DNA of 64,000 nucleotides, taken from NCBI GenBank assembly GCA_951406725.2, contig OX597835.1, forward strand, positions 11,346,001 through 11,410,000, given 5' to 3'. Below, piece after piece: positions 12,161 to 25,419 of this stretch. The translations under genes and the position numbers were made by a program. Every line of letters begins with the position of its first letter. Positions within the stretch are counted from its first letter, which is position 1. The notes under the pieces are model-generated. The model had not been told where the DNA came from, did no database searches, and saw nothing but the letters and a program-made list of their open reading frames with translations. This DNA is from Octopus vulgaris. Taxonomy: Eukaryota.

Positions 12161-13979
12161 GTGTATATGTATGTATGTGTGTATATACATGCATGTGTGG
12201 CTGTGTGTGTGTGCATCAATATAAGTTTTGATTAATGAGATGTTAAATGTTTCAGATAAAATTAAATTCTTTACACGGAAAGCAGGAAATTGAATGAAGT
12301 TGGTTTCTTTTTTTTCTTTCCTTCTTTCTTTCTTTCTTTCTAACTCTCATTCATTGCAGCTGCTTTTTTATTTTTTGCCGTATTTTTTTCTTCCCTTTTC
12401 ATTTTTTTTTTATTACTGTTTCTTTCAACTTTGCCCATTGTTTTTACTCATGACTGGAAGCAGTAGGGATACACCACAACATCCACCACTATAACAGTTA
12501 ACGCTCAGATAAAATATGTCTGTCTCTGCCTGTCTCACTGTCTCTTAGTCTATTTATCTCTGACTGTCTCTCTCTCTCTCTACCTCTTTCCCTTTTCCTC
12601 TCTCTCTTTCATATATATATATATATATATATAAGACTTCTTTTTGTTCTCTAGTTTTCTTGCTATTTTTTCTTTCTCTCTGGCTCTTTCCTTTTTATCT
12701 TTTCGATTTGCCTGCTTGCTTGCAACTCCATCATGCATATTGGAATGGACATTTCTAGTGAATTGTTCCCAAGATAACCTCAACAAAGAGAAGAATGACA
12801 GCAAAATTTTCCCTCTGACACCAATGATGGAAATGTGTTTTGGTAACTTGATATTTGGTAACGGGTCGTAACCAGGAATTAAACCCAAGAATCCTTATGG
12901 GATTGAAATAGACGCTTTAAGAAAACCATCAAGAAATACTTTTATGACCCCTGATCTTTTTAGCCCTGACATAACTGCTGCTGCTGCTGCTACTCCTTTA
13001 GTTACTTTGCAGTGATACAGGATGAGAAAACTTAGCAACAATTGATTGCAAATACACAACTACAAGAGTCTGCTATTAATGAGAGGAGATGTATCAACCA
13101 TATTAAACATTTTAAAATTGTTTATAAATTAGGTCTTTCACCTTTATCTGTCACATTTGGCTCTCTGTGTAGTGTGCAATATTCTCACATGACTTAGAAT
13201 AGAATGTACCCTCAGTTAAACCCACGTTCTTCTTTCCATTATACAAAGTTATAAAAAAAACACTCAACTTGTTATGCTTTGTCATTTTTCAGTGATACAT
13301 AAACTGCATTGTTGATTACCTTTTTATCAGCTCTCATTAACAATTTTTTGTGCATCTGTAATGTGCTTCATTGCTTTTGTGCTAAAAATCTTACTTTTTT
13401 CACTTGCTGTTTTGCTTTGTCACAATTCGCTTCTACCTTTACAATATTAACATTTACTATGCAGAAGACAAATGAATTTCTTGTGTTCATTCACGATCAA
13501 GGTGATCACATAAGCTGTATCCATTCCTAATGGTTTCTTATATTTCATAGGAAGTTGTAATGGCCTGTGTCAATAAAAAATCAATCAATATAAGGTTCAG
13601 AAGAATGAAAGAGTCGATTTGCGATGATGGAGTTTTGAATATATTTCATCATTCATATTTTTCATGGTGAGAGTGACAAAAAGCGGAGGGGAAAAAAACT
13701 GAACTTGAAAGTTGATTTGGTCAAAAGCCAGATGGCTAAACAAAAGTGGATAACATAAAAGAATAAGAAAGTAGAAAAGCAAGGTAAAATAAAAAAAAAA
13801 GTATCAGGAAGTCGATCAGAAAGGTGGATAGGTACAATACCTTAAAAACTGCATTTATAGATGCAGCTGCAGCAATAGAGGCTGCAGCTGCAGCAAGGGA
13901 AGTGCATCGAGGTTACCAGGAAGGAGGGCCGGAGCAGCAGCTCAAAGTGTCATACAGATATATAATGCTGCAGTGAAAG

Positions 13980-14262
13980 ATTTTTACGTATTTTTGTATT
14001 CTTATTCGTGTAACATCGTCCGTTTTCCCGTCCTTGTTTTGTATACATTTGAGGTTTTCTTCCAAGGAATCTAATGCGCCTGGCTTAGATTTTCCTTTGG
14101 GGCTGGCCAGGTCGGAGCAATCTCAAGATTAATCAGCTGAAATTGCAAGGATGATCCGGTTCTTGACTGAAGATTGAAGGCTTCGAATGTCCCGTCCGTG
14201 TTTTTTGTATCGTCCTCTAAATGTTTTTCTTTCTTGTCCCAGTTTGTATTTTTTTACATATC
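13980..14262 (+). mobile_element. Dispersed repeat terminus (possibly Penelope-like), abutting (TA)n
   Basis: Shares ~120 bp with 9530-9650 in inverted orientation; contains CTGAAGA..GAAG-G-CTTC-GAAT, weakly hammerhead-like. Confidence 0.5.
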
Positions 14263-14425
14263 CATATATATATATATATATATATACATAGCTATGATAA
14301 GGAATTAGAGCTTTGCGAATGAGGTGGTGTGGGAACACACATGCAAACACAAAAACACACACACAAATATATATGTATATGTGTTTGTGTGGGTGTGTAT
14401 ACATATATATACATATATATATATA

Positions 14426-15367
14426 TCATCATCATCATCATCGTTTAGCGTCCGTTTTCCATGCTAGCATGGGTTGGACGGTTCTACTGGGGTCTGTGAA
14501 GCCAGAAGGCTTCATCAGGATAAGTCAAATCTGGCAGTGTTTCTACGGCTGGATGCCCTTCCTAACGCCAACCACTCCGTGAGTGTAGTGGGTGCTTTTT
14601 ACGTGCCACCCGCACAGGTGCCAGACAGAGCTGGCAAACGGCCACGAACGGATGGTGCTTTTTATGTGCCACCGGCACGAGGGCCAGGCGAGGCTGGCAA
14701 CGGACACGAACGGATGGTGCTTTTTATGTGCCACCGGCATGAGGCCAGTCGGGGCGGTGCTGGCAACGGTCGCGAAACAGAAGGTTCTCTTACATGCCAC
14801 TGGCACTGGTAACACATCTGCAATTTCCATTGATCGATTTCGATTCTGATCCTCACTTGCCTCAACAGGTCTTCACAAGTAGAGTTTTGTGTCCCAAGAA
14901 GGGAAGGTATGCATACGTAGGCTGGCTCCATCCCATGTAGAAGGCCACGGGTTATGGACTCACTTGTCCTGCCGGGTCTTCTCGCGCACAGCACACTTCC
15001 AGAGGTCTCGGTCTCTAGTCATTTCCTCAGTGAGACCTAAAGTTCGAAGGTCGTGCTTCACCACCTCGTCCCATGTTTTCCTGGGTCTGCCTCTTCCGCA
15101 GGTTCCCTCAACCGCTAGGGCATGGCACTTTTTCACACAACTATCTTCATCCATTCTCGCCACATGACCATACCAGCGCAAACGTCTCTCTTGCACACCA
15201 CAACTGATGCTTCTTAGGTCCAGCTTTTCTCTCAAGGTACTTACACTCTGCCGAGTATGAGTACTGACATTACACATCCATCGGAGCATACTGGCTTCAT
15301 TTCTTGCGAGCTTACGCATATCCTCAGCAGTCACGGCCCATGTTTCACTGCCATGTAGCATGGCTGT
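14426..15367 (-). mobile_element. 5'-truncated RTE-clade LINE: ORF C-terminus, 3' UTR and (GAT)n tail
   Basis: ORF track 14960-15673(-) contains AMLHGSETWAV...LRWMCNVS...ERRLRWYGHVARM...VEGTCGRGRPRKTWDEVVKHDL, the classic RTE post-RT region; open to its stop, so a young copy. Confidence 0.92.
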
Positions 15368-15479
15368 ATATATATATATATATATATATACACATACATA
15401 AACATATATATATATATATATACATATACACATACATAAACATACATATATATACATACATATACAAACATATATATAC

Positions 15480-15692
15480 ATGAGTTCTGTAGACAAGGTC
15501 AGAACAGTACTGGTGGAGTATTTTTCATTACAAACAAGTGAATTTTGGAAGAGGGTCCTTGCAAGTCTACCAGATAGATGGAAGAGCCTTATAAAAACTG
15601 AAGGATAGTATATTTCAAATGAAAAAAGAACTTTATCTTGATTTTGAAAAATAAAAGTATAAAAAAACTGCATTATTTACAGGATGACCCAA
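15480..15692 (+). mobile_element. Mariner transposon 3' end relic
   Basis: Translates SSVDKVRTVLVEYFSLQTSEFWKRVLASLPDRWKSLIKTEG*YI (mariner C-terminal F..GI..LP.RW...G.Y motif), followed by TIR-like gcattatttacaggatgacccaa-TA. Confidence 0.75.
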
Positions 15693-15721
15693 TATATATA
15701 TATATGTGCATACAATGAGAA

Positions 15722-16495
15722 GGAACATGGCTCACTGGTTAGATCATTGGACTCACAATCATGAGGTAGTGAGTTCGATTCCTGGACCAGGCTATATCTT
15801 GTGTTCTTGAGCAAGACACATTATTTCACACAGCTCCGTTTCACTCAGCTGTAGAAATGAGTTGTGACATCACTGGTGCCAAGCTGTATCGGCCCCTTTG
15901 CCTTTTCCCTTGGATATCATTAGTGGCATGGAGAAGGGAGATCGGTATCCATGAGCAACTGCTCGTTTCCCATAAATAACCTTGCCCACACTTGTGCCTC
16001 AGAGGTGAACTTTTTTAGGTGAAATCTTATGGTCTGTTTCTTTACTACCCACAAGGGGCTAAACACAGAGGGGACAAACAAGGACAGAGAAACGGATTAA
16101 GTCGATTACATCGACCCCAGTGCATAACTGGTACTTAATTTATCAACCCTGAAAGGATGAAAGGCAAAGTCGACCTCGGTGGAATTTGAACTTCGAACGT
16201 AACGGCAGACGAAATACCTATTTCTTTACTACCCACAAGGGGCTAAACACAGAGGGGACAAACAAGGACAGAGAAATGGATTAAGTCGATTACATCGACT
16301 CCAGTGCGTAACTGGTACTTAATTTATCGACCCCGAAAGGATGAAAGGCAAAGTCGACCTCGGCGGAATTTGAACTCAGAACATAACGGCAGATGAAATA
16401 CGGCACGCATTTCGTCCGATGTGCTAACATTTCTGCCAGCTCGCCGCCTTAATCTTAATCTTAATCTTATGGTCAGTCATGACCAAAGGGGGTCA
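15722..16495 (+). mobile_element. tRNA-derived SINE family V (GTGTTCTTGAGCAAGACAC central domain), interrupted by a family M dimer
   Basis: Head tggctcactggttagatc...gagttcgattcctgg; a homologous copy lies at 59375-59708 (-). Confidence 0.75.
16035..16450 (-). mobile_element. SINE family M dimer with 12-bp TSD
   Basis: Two ~185-bp units joined at GACGAAATAC|CTATTTCTTT; AATCTTATGGTC at 16023-16034 and 16463-16474. Confidence 0.85.
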
Positions 16496-16934
16496 TCCAC
16501 ATACATACATACATACATACATACAAGTGTTCATACAGATCTAGTTAAACACAAATACTTTTGCACATCTCCTCACACTTTCTCTTCAACTCCATCCACA
16601 ATACTGAGCAGTCCTTACTGTATAACATACAATAGATCAAGTTTCCGTACATGTTTTCCTATCAGAACAAGATGAATAATTATGTATAATTGCAATAATA
16701 CACAAGTAAATGCTTATTGATAGCAGCTTCATAAATAACTGCTAATAATGTCTCCCTTAATAGACACTTAATATACGAAACATTAGAAATTCCTAAGTAG
16801 CTGAATGTCGTACTCTTGCATATCTTCCTCCATTTCCTTCACAACTTACAACTGAATGCTTTAAGATAATCAAATATTCTGTGAATCTTTATGTCCAATA
16901 ATGGTTGCAAATATGAATGCGTGACAGATAAATG

Positions 16935-17160
16935 CCTGAGCTGGCAGAAACGTTAGCACGCCGGGCGAAATGCTTAGCGGTATTTCGTCTGCCGTTACGT
17001 TCTGAGTTCAAATTCCGCCGGGGTCGACTTTGTCTTTCATCTTTTCGGGGTCGATAAATTAAGTACCAGTTACACACTGGTGTCGATGTAATCGATTTAA
17101 TCCGTTTGTCTGTCCTTGTTTGTTCCCTCTATGTTTAGCCCCTTGTGGGCAATAAATAAA
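16935..17160 (+). mobile_element. SINE family M monomer
   Basis: gagctggcagaaacgttagcacgccgggcg...agccccttgtgggcaataaa. Confidence 0.85.
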
Positions 17161-17209
17161 TAATTTCTGTTTTAGAATCGGTTCTCAATGTAGATAACTA
17201 AAGTTTTAA

Positions 17210-17399
17210 CCCTTTAATGTTTAAACCGGCCTAATATATTCTACATGCTTTGTATTTAAACTGGCCATATCCAGCCTCTCACACCTAACCTACATTGACA
17301 TTTTAAAAATAAACAATCACATCATTGAACCCTCAAAACTATAAGATAATGCATGATTAATTCAAAACAATTTAACAGAATAGTCTGAACACTAAAGGG
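17210..17399. mobile_element. piggyBac-like MITE (190 bp)
   Basis: TTAA at 17206-17209 and 17400-17403; imperfect TIRs CCCTTTAATGTTTAAAC and (reverse complement) CCCTTTAGTGTTCAGAC. Confidence 0.75.
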
Positions 17400-17413
17400 T
17401 TAAATAATCATTT

Positions 17414-17700
17414 GTACTGAAAGCACAAGGCCTCAAACTTGTGGGGAGGGGACTAATCGACTGCATTGATCCCAGTACGCAACTGGTACTTAATTCTATT
17501 ATAGAATTGGTTCTCGATGTAGATATAAAGCTTTAAATAATTGTTTCTACTGAAGGCACAAGGCCTCAAATTTGTGGGGAGGGGGCTAGTTGACTGCATT
17601 GATCCCAGTACACAACTGGTACTTAATTCTATTATAGAATTGGTTCTCGATGTAGGTATAAAGCTTTAAATAATTGTTTCTACAGAAGGCACAAGAATTG
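17414..17700. repeat. ~130-bp tandem repeat (2 copies plus a partial) derived from a family M-like SINE tail
   Basis: tactgaa.gcacaaggcctcaaa...gatcccagtac.caactggtacttaattctattatagaattggttctcgatgtag is repeated. Confidence 0.75.
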
Positions 17701-18295
17701 GTTCTAATAATGCCATGTAAATACAGGGCTGTAGAAACTCTTTTGGATAGAAAAAGTCAGTGGCTGCTTGTAGGATTTTTTCCATCTGAAGGGGTTTTTC
17801 GCCCCAGAGTTGTGGGGTCGATGAATCAACTTACCCCTCCCCTCAAAATTAAGAAGAAATTATGTATAGTTTTCTGTGCTTTCAGAAACACTGTTCCATA
17901 AATAGAATTATTTCTCTCTCTCTCTCTCTCTCTTGCAGTTTATAAGTTCTTTTGGTATCTATTATAATTCTTACTTTAATGATGATGATGATGATTAATG
18001 TCAGTAGTGATGATGATGATTATGATGGATGTTGCAGTGGAGATCTGGTCTCACAGTAAAAGAAAAAATATTTAAAACCATTCATACATTCCAGTCATGT
18101 TTCACATTAGAATGTCTCTCTCATTATTCTGACTTTTTGTGACAAGTTCCAATATGTAGCAGAGTAGGGGTTCTTCTTCTTTTGGTGGTGCTATTATATT
18201 CTTATTTACCATTTTCACTCCTCGCCTGAAAAATAAAATATTAGCTGTGAAATTTATAAAAATTACTTCCTACTTTTTTTTTTAACCCATCGCTA

Positions 18296-18328
<33 letters not shown>

Positions 18329-18783
18329 TGTGTGTCTGTGTCTGTGTGTGTGTGTGTCTGTGTGTGTGTGTGTGTGTGGCAATGTGCGTTTATGTAGCGA
18401 TGGGCATGTGTGTAAAGTGCGTATCATCTGAAAATATATTCATATTTTTGATAATAAAATTGATATTGCGGCCAATATTTCAAACTTGAAAGTTAATAAA
18501 CACACCCTCTTACTCACTCACTCACTCACTGTCTTTCTTTCTTTCTCTTACATACATACATATATACAAAACATAAATATGATGAACTGGTAAATAAATT
18601 GTGAATTAAGTTAATCTGATTTCATATTAATTCACAACAAAGGCCTTTGTATTTTTTTTGTCAAAGTTGGGAGCAGAACAAGTTTTGCATATATAATAAT
18701 AATCATAATAAAAGTAATAATAATAATCATAATAAAAGTAATAATAATAATAATATTAGGAATAAATAATATTATATATGAAT

Positions 18784-18786
<3 letters not shown>

Positions 18787-18838
<52 letters not shown>

Positions 18839-19031
18839 GTATATATATATGTATATAAGGATATATATATATATGTATGTTGTGTATATATGTATATAAG
18901 CATTTATATGCATATATATATGTATATATGTATATGTAAATGTACATATGTAAATCTGTGTGTGGGTGTATATATGTGTGCATATATATATGTATGTGTT
19001 TATATATCTATATATGTATCTATCTATATAT

Positions 19032-19062
<31 letters not shown>

Positions 19063-19067
19063 CATAA

Positions 19068-19148
<81 letters not shown>

Positions 19149-19500
19149 AATATATATATATACATATATATATACATATACATATATATATACATAAATA
19201 TATATATATATATACATAAATATATATATATACATATAATACATATATATATATATATATATATATATGCATATAAATATACATATATATATACATATAT
19301 ATATATATACATATATATATACATAATATATATATATATATATATACATATATTTATACATAAATATATATATATTATGTATGTATGTATACACATACAC
19401 ACAGCTATTTATCTTATATCTATATTTCTATTTATCTATATCTTTTTATGTTTGTATGTGTGTGTGTATTTATATATATTTATAATACACACACATACAC

Positions 19501-19530
<30 letters not shown>
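18787..19530. repeat. Long imperfect (TA)n microsatellite
   Basis: Direct reading. Confidence 0.95.
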
Positions 19531-19533
<3 letters not shown>

Positions 19534-20528
19534 GTTACCTATCTCTCTGTCTTTCTATCCCTGTGTATGTAAATTCCTCTGCATTATCTTTCCCAAACAT
19601 GTTTATATTTCCTCCTCTCCGTCCGTTTGATCAATACGGTTTGTGTTTTGTTTTCTTTTAAGAAAGAAAAACAACAACAACAACAACACAAAACATTAAA
19701 AAAAAAAAAACGAAATTAAAAGTTTCTCATAAAATATTGAAGTGATATCGGCAATCTCATAAATGTGGGCTTAATATGACAATTGCTTAGAAGAAATGGC
19801 TCTATAAGAAGCAAATAGCAGAATGAAGACAAAGAGAAATTCTTCATTCAAAACAAAAAAAAAATTAGATAATGAAATAAAAAAAAATCTAAATGTAATA
19901 AGCAAAGTTTTTTTTCACTTCCTCATTTTTCTCAATTTTTTATCTCATACCCATATCTCCATATATCAATTAGTAGTGGTAGTAGTAGTAGTAGTAGTAG
20001 TAGTAGTGACTGATTTATTTATTTATTTATTTTATGAATTGCATCATATGATTTGTCTTGTCAACAACATTTGTTTTCCAAGATGTATTTCCTTGTATTT
20101 TCGTGTACTTTTCAAAAAAAAAAAAAGAAAAAAGAAAAAAGAAAAGAAAAGAAAAGTAAAAAAAAAAAAACTGTCATGTTTCTTGTTATTGTCATATATT
20201 ACGAGATAATAAAAGAAGACCCAGAATAACAAAGTAAATAAAAACAAAAACAAAAAAAAAACCAGATAATATAAGAAGAAAATTTTTACAATATTAAGAA
20301 ATTTCTAGTAAGTTTAATGCAATCAATGGAATTAAAATTTAATTTTCATTATTATATTAGCAACCATAATAATAGGAGAAACATACATTTGTTTAATTGC
20401 TTACAGCATATTATTTTTCCTATACATAATTCCTTATCTCTTCTCTCCATCCCCTCTTGTACCATATTACTATTTTCCATCTTATTACTATTGCTAAAGA
20501 AAGGATTATTTTATTATTATTATTATTA

Positions 20529-20585
<57 letters not shown>

Positions 20586-20927
20586 GAAAGAAGAAGAAAA
20601 ATGGGAAGAATAATTTTAACTGAATAAAGAAAAATATTTCATGATTCGTTTTCATTTCTAAAAAAAATATACAATAAGGAATAAAATTAAATTAATATTT
20701 TTCAAAAATATTATTGATGATAAATAAAATTTATCCATTTATTTTATTTTATCTTTTCTTTTTCTTTTTTTTTTTCGAAAAATCAAAATTCTTCAATAAG
20801 AAAATCCATATTTGAGAATTGTAAGAATTTGCTTGTCTTGCACAAAACTAATTATGTGTGTAAGCAATTAGCTCTCTTCTCGTTAATGTATTACTGGCAC
20901 ATATTTCCTCAGTTATGGGAAGAATGT

Positions 20928-21962
20928 GAATCATCGTCATCATCATCCTTTTACGTCCATTTTCTATGCTGGCATGGGTTGGACGTTAGACAGAAGCTGA
21001 TCAGCTGGAGAGCTGCACTAGGCTCCAATTGTCCATTATAGCTTGGTCTCTAAGGCCGGATGCCCTTCCTTATGCCAACCACTTTACAAAGTTTACTGGG
21101 TGCTTTTCACGTGGCACCAGCACGGGAGATTTTTATGTGGCACCAGCACAGGCACATTTTAGATGGCACCAGCACTGCTACTTTTTGCATGGCACCAGCA
21201 CATGTGCTTTTCATGTAGCACCAGCTCAGGAGCATTTTATGTGGCACCAGCACGGGAGATTTTTATGTGGCACCAGCACAGGCACATTTTAGATGGCACC
21301 AGCACTGCTACTTTTCACATGGCACATGTGCTTTTCATGTAGCACCAGCTCAGGAGCATTTTATGTGGCACCAGCACGGGAGATTTTTATGTGGCACCAG
21401 CACAGGCACATTTTAGATGGCACCAGCACTGCTATTTTTCACATGGCACATGTGCTTTTCATGTAGCACCAGCTCAGGAGCATTTTATGTGGCACCAGCA
21501 CAGGCACATTTTAGATGGCACCAGCACTGCTACTTTTCACATGGCACCAGCACATGTGCTTTTCATGTAGCACCAGCTCAGGAGCATTTTATGTGGCACC
21601 AGCACAGGCACATTTTAGATGGCACCAGCACTGCTATTTTTCACATGGCACATGTGCTTTTCATGTAGCACCAGCTCAGGAGCATTTTATGTGGCACCAG
21701 CACGGGAGATTTTTATGTGGCACCAGCACAGGCACATTTTAGATGGCACCAACACTGCTACTTTTCACATGGCACCAGCACATGTGCTTCTCATGTAGCA
21801 CCAGCTCAGGAGCATTTTATGTGGCACCAGCACGGGAGATTTTTATGTGGCACCAGCACAGGCACATTTTAGATGGCACCAGCACTGCTACTTTTCACAT
21901 GGCACCAGCACATGTGCTTTTCATGTAGCACCAGCACATGAGCATTTTATGTGGCACCGGCA
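20928..21962 (-). repeat. Diverged RTE 3' tail whose UTR module has expanded into a higher-order minisatellite (21110-21960)
   Basis: Tail at 20930-21110. Then ~21-bp subunits with core TGGCACCAGCAC, grouped into ~7 higher-order units of ~100-130 bp (anchor ttttatgtggcaccagcacaggcacattttag). Confidence 0.85.
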
Positions 21963-22120
21963 TCTAATCAGTTTGTGCCAGTCATGAGGCCAAACATCCC
22001 CGAAAGTTTCATCCGAATCCATCAAGTGGGTCTTGAGATATCTTGCCCACAGACAAACAAACAAACAAACAAATGTGACTGAAAACAATAACTTTGCCTT
22101 CACTTAGATGGAGGTAATAA
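21963..22120 (+). mobile_element. Helentron/DINE-1-like non-autonomous element end (inverted relative at 22788-22878)
   Basis: aagtttcatccgaatcc...acagacaaacaaac...aaaacaataactttgccttcacttagatggaggtaa: (CAAA)n plus a decayed terminal hairpin, as in HINE/DINE-1-type elements. Confidence 0.55.
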
Positions 22121-22281
22121 GAAGGGATTAAGTCGATTACATCGACCCCAGTGTGTAACTGGTATTTATTTAATCAACTCCGAAAGGATGAAAGGCAAAG
22201 TTGAACTCAGGAGATAGTGGCAGATGAAATACTGCTAAGCATTTCGCCCGGTATGCTAACGATTCTTCCAGCTCACCACCC

Positions 22282-22314
<33 letters not shown>

Positions 22315-22316
22315 TG

Positions 22317-22350
<34 letters not shown>

Positions 22351-22571
22351 TAATCCTTTCTACTGGAGGCACAAGGCCTCAGAATTGTGGGAAGGATTAA
22401 GTCAATTACATCGACCCCAGTGTGTAACTGGTATTTATTTAATTGACTCTGAAAGGATGAAAGGCTAAGTTGAACTTAACAGAATTTGAACTCAACTCAG
22501 AACATAGTTGCAGATGAAATACTGCTAAGCATTTCGCCCAATGTGCTAACAATTCTGCCAGCTTACTGCCC

Positions 22572-22572
<1 letters not shown>
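22120..22572 (-). mobile_element. Two diverged family M-like SINE copies separated by (AAT)n
   Basis: atcgaccccagtgtgtaactggt...gaaaggatgaaaggc...gcagatgaaatactgctaagcatttcgccc occurs twice. Confidence 0.72.
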
Positions 22573-22604
<32 letters not shown>

Positions 22605-23461
22605 TGATGATAATAATAACAATAACAATAATAATAATAATAATAATGATGATAATGTGGTAGTGTGTTGTCAACTTAATGTGACAGTCCCATGAAAGGG
22701 AATAATACTACTGCTATTTAGCCCTCTTATTCCCTTTCATATAAGCCTTGTGCCTATAGTAGAAAGGATTATTATTATTATTATTATTATTACCTTCATA
22801 TTAGCAAAGGTGAAGTTATTGTTTTTAGTTGCATTTGTTTGTTTGTTTGTCCCTGGACAAAATATCTCAAGAACCATGAAAGGGAATAACAGGGCTAAAT
22901 AGCATTCTTCCCTTTTATGGGGCATTCACATTAAGTCGACAACTTACCACCACTTTATTGTGTTACTACTGTATAAAACTCTCTGAGAGATTTAGAAATG
23001 TAATAATAATGTTTTCAAATTTTGGGACAATGCCTGCAATCACACCCACTCCACCCCAGTGCTTGAGTGGTTCTTATTTTATCTCCCCTGAAAAAGATGA
23101 AAGGCAAATTCGACCTTGGCAGAATTTGAACTCAGAACGTAAAGAAGACAAAATGCCACTAAGCATTTTACCCACTGTGCTAATTATTTTGCCAGCTCGT
23201 TACCTTAATAGTAATAACAATTAATATCTTTCAGTTATATTTCGTTTGGTGATGTAATCTGTTTTTATTGGTTTTTTTCGTTTTTACTTTTAATTGCCGA
23301 ACAAACAAAAAAAAAATTTTTTTTTTACTGAGGTAGAGTTATTTTACCAATTATTTAATTAACAAATCTAATTATCAGCATGAAATGTTTCTTTCTTCTT
23401 CATTGTTTTCTTTATTAGCTCCTTTGATCTCTTTCTTTCTTACCATCTTTCTCTCTCTCTC

Positions 23462-23525
<64 letters not shown>

Positions 23526-24505
23526 TGTTTCTTTCAATTCCTTGAGAAGAAAATCAGACAATAAATTCCTCAAATAAATAAAACAATCAAACAATATTAA
23601 ATCTTTTTAATATCATATTTATTGTTTTGTTATCAAAACCATCATTGTCACCAATATTATCAATAAACCATCACACCTTTCTCTCTCTCTTTCTCTCCCT
23701 CTTTCCTTTTGTCTGGAGGAATCTATCCAACTCTTTGAAAATGTGCAGTTATGGTATTTCACACCCCCTTAAAGGGCAACCTCTCCCACCACACCAACTA
23801 CCATCTTTTTGTTCTTAATTCTAACATTTCAAATGTGAAACAGTTTTAAAGAATCACCTCTATCATCATCATCATCATCACCACCACCACCATCACCATC
23901 ACCACCATGAATACCTATTCATCAAACAGTAACTTTGACCCCACCCTCCACCCCATGTCTTCTTTCTCCATTGCTTGAACAATCACTTCTTTTATTATCG
24001 TCATCATAAATTTCTATCTTTTTGCCAGTGGTCTTTGTCCAGCCCAACCACCAGTATGTCTTCCTTACCATTGCCAGAACTCTTACCATCATCATCATCA
24101 TCATCAATCTCTATTCCTCATCACTAACCTCTGCAACCCCTGCCAACTCCCACCAATATATTTTCCACTGTGGAATCGTATCTACTATATCATCTCTCTT
24201 ATACATCACCCACTAGAGGCCATGTCACTCATCTTTGACAATTTTGGTGACAGCAGCGTCGTTAAAAAGACTTTATTCCTCATGGCCATAAGTTCCAACC
24301 TTATTGTAACCGTTTGTATTATTACAGTCACGGCCAAAATTCTTTTTACAAAAATTAAAATTGTTCAGCCCAAGTACAATTCGAATCAGACATATACAAC
24401 GTAGCGATATACTTACTGAATAACTGATCCAATAACTCAATAACTACAAGAAAAATTTTCAGACCTATGTTCCAGACTTTTGACCAAATAGTAATATGTT
24501 GCAAA

Positions 24506-24903
24506 TCTTTATATATAAAAGTAAGCTTGTGTGTCTGTCTCCTACGATTTAGATTCCTAACTACTCCCACATTTTGCGGTGCAGTTTAACCAAAACCAGG
24601 TATCTTATAGTCGTGATTCATATCGAGCCCTTCTCGGTATTAGCGCACGTCTACGATGAGTCTACGATTTAAAAAAAGATTTACCATTATTTTTTTCCAT
24701 TTTAATGCATTTTTTTCGCTATTAAATAAGGGAAGTAACTCTCTAAAAATGTCTACGATGAGTCAACGATTTTAAACAAAATTTACCATCATATTTTTCC
24801 ATTTTTAATGCATTCTTTTGCTATTTTTTGGCTGTAACTCTCTAAAAATGCTTATATAGTTATTTCCCTTACAAACCCAAGCAACACCGGGTGATACTAC
24901 TAG
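24506..24903 (+). mobile_element. Non-autonomous Helitron (398 bp)
   Basis: 5' TC(TTTATATATAAAAG), 3' CTAG preceded by decayed hairpin CCCAAGCAACACCGGG, inserted between A (24505) and T (24904), no TSD; internal ~100-bp duplication. Confidence 0.82.
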
Positions 24904-24949
24904 TTAAATATAATTTTGGGTGTTTAACTCTTTCATTACTGTATTCATT

Positions 24950-25382
24950 TTGAGATGGGGGGACAAACACAGACACACAAACATATACACACACATACAT
25001 GTATACGACGGGCTTCTTTCAGTTTCCATCTGCCAAATCCATTCACAAGGCTTTGGTTGGTCCAAGGCTATAGTAGAAGACACTTGCCCAAGGTGCCACG
25101 CAGTGGGACTGAACCCGGAACCATGTGGTTGGTAAGCAAGCTACTTACCACACAGCCACTCCTACGCCTATACTCTCTTTACTCTTTTACTTGTTTCAGT
25201 CATTTGACTGCGGCCATGCTGGAGCACCGCCTTTAATCGAGCAACTCGACCCCCGGGACTTATTCTTTTGTAAGCCCAGTACTTATTCTATCGGCCTCTT
25301 TTGCCGAACCGCTAGATAACGGGGACATAAACACACCAGTATCGGTTGTCAAGCAATGCTAGGAGGACAAACAGACACACAA

Positions 25383-25419
<37 letters not shown>

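Noticed and set aside
12580-12990. Protein-like ORFs on both strands (e.g. ...FTRNVHSNMHDGVASKQANR on minus)
   Set aside because: The slight resemblance to SAC2 FTRTG..MKDGVNSANR is on the wrong strand and lacks splice signals; treated as coincidence.
21110-21960. Short-repeat/spacer array and its ORFs (MAPALLFFTWH...)
   Set aside because: Spacers are ~10 bp and recur periodically; it is a minisatellite and the ORFs are repeat translations.
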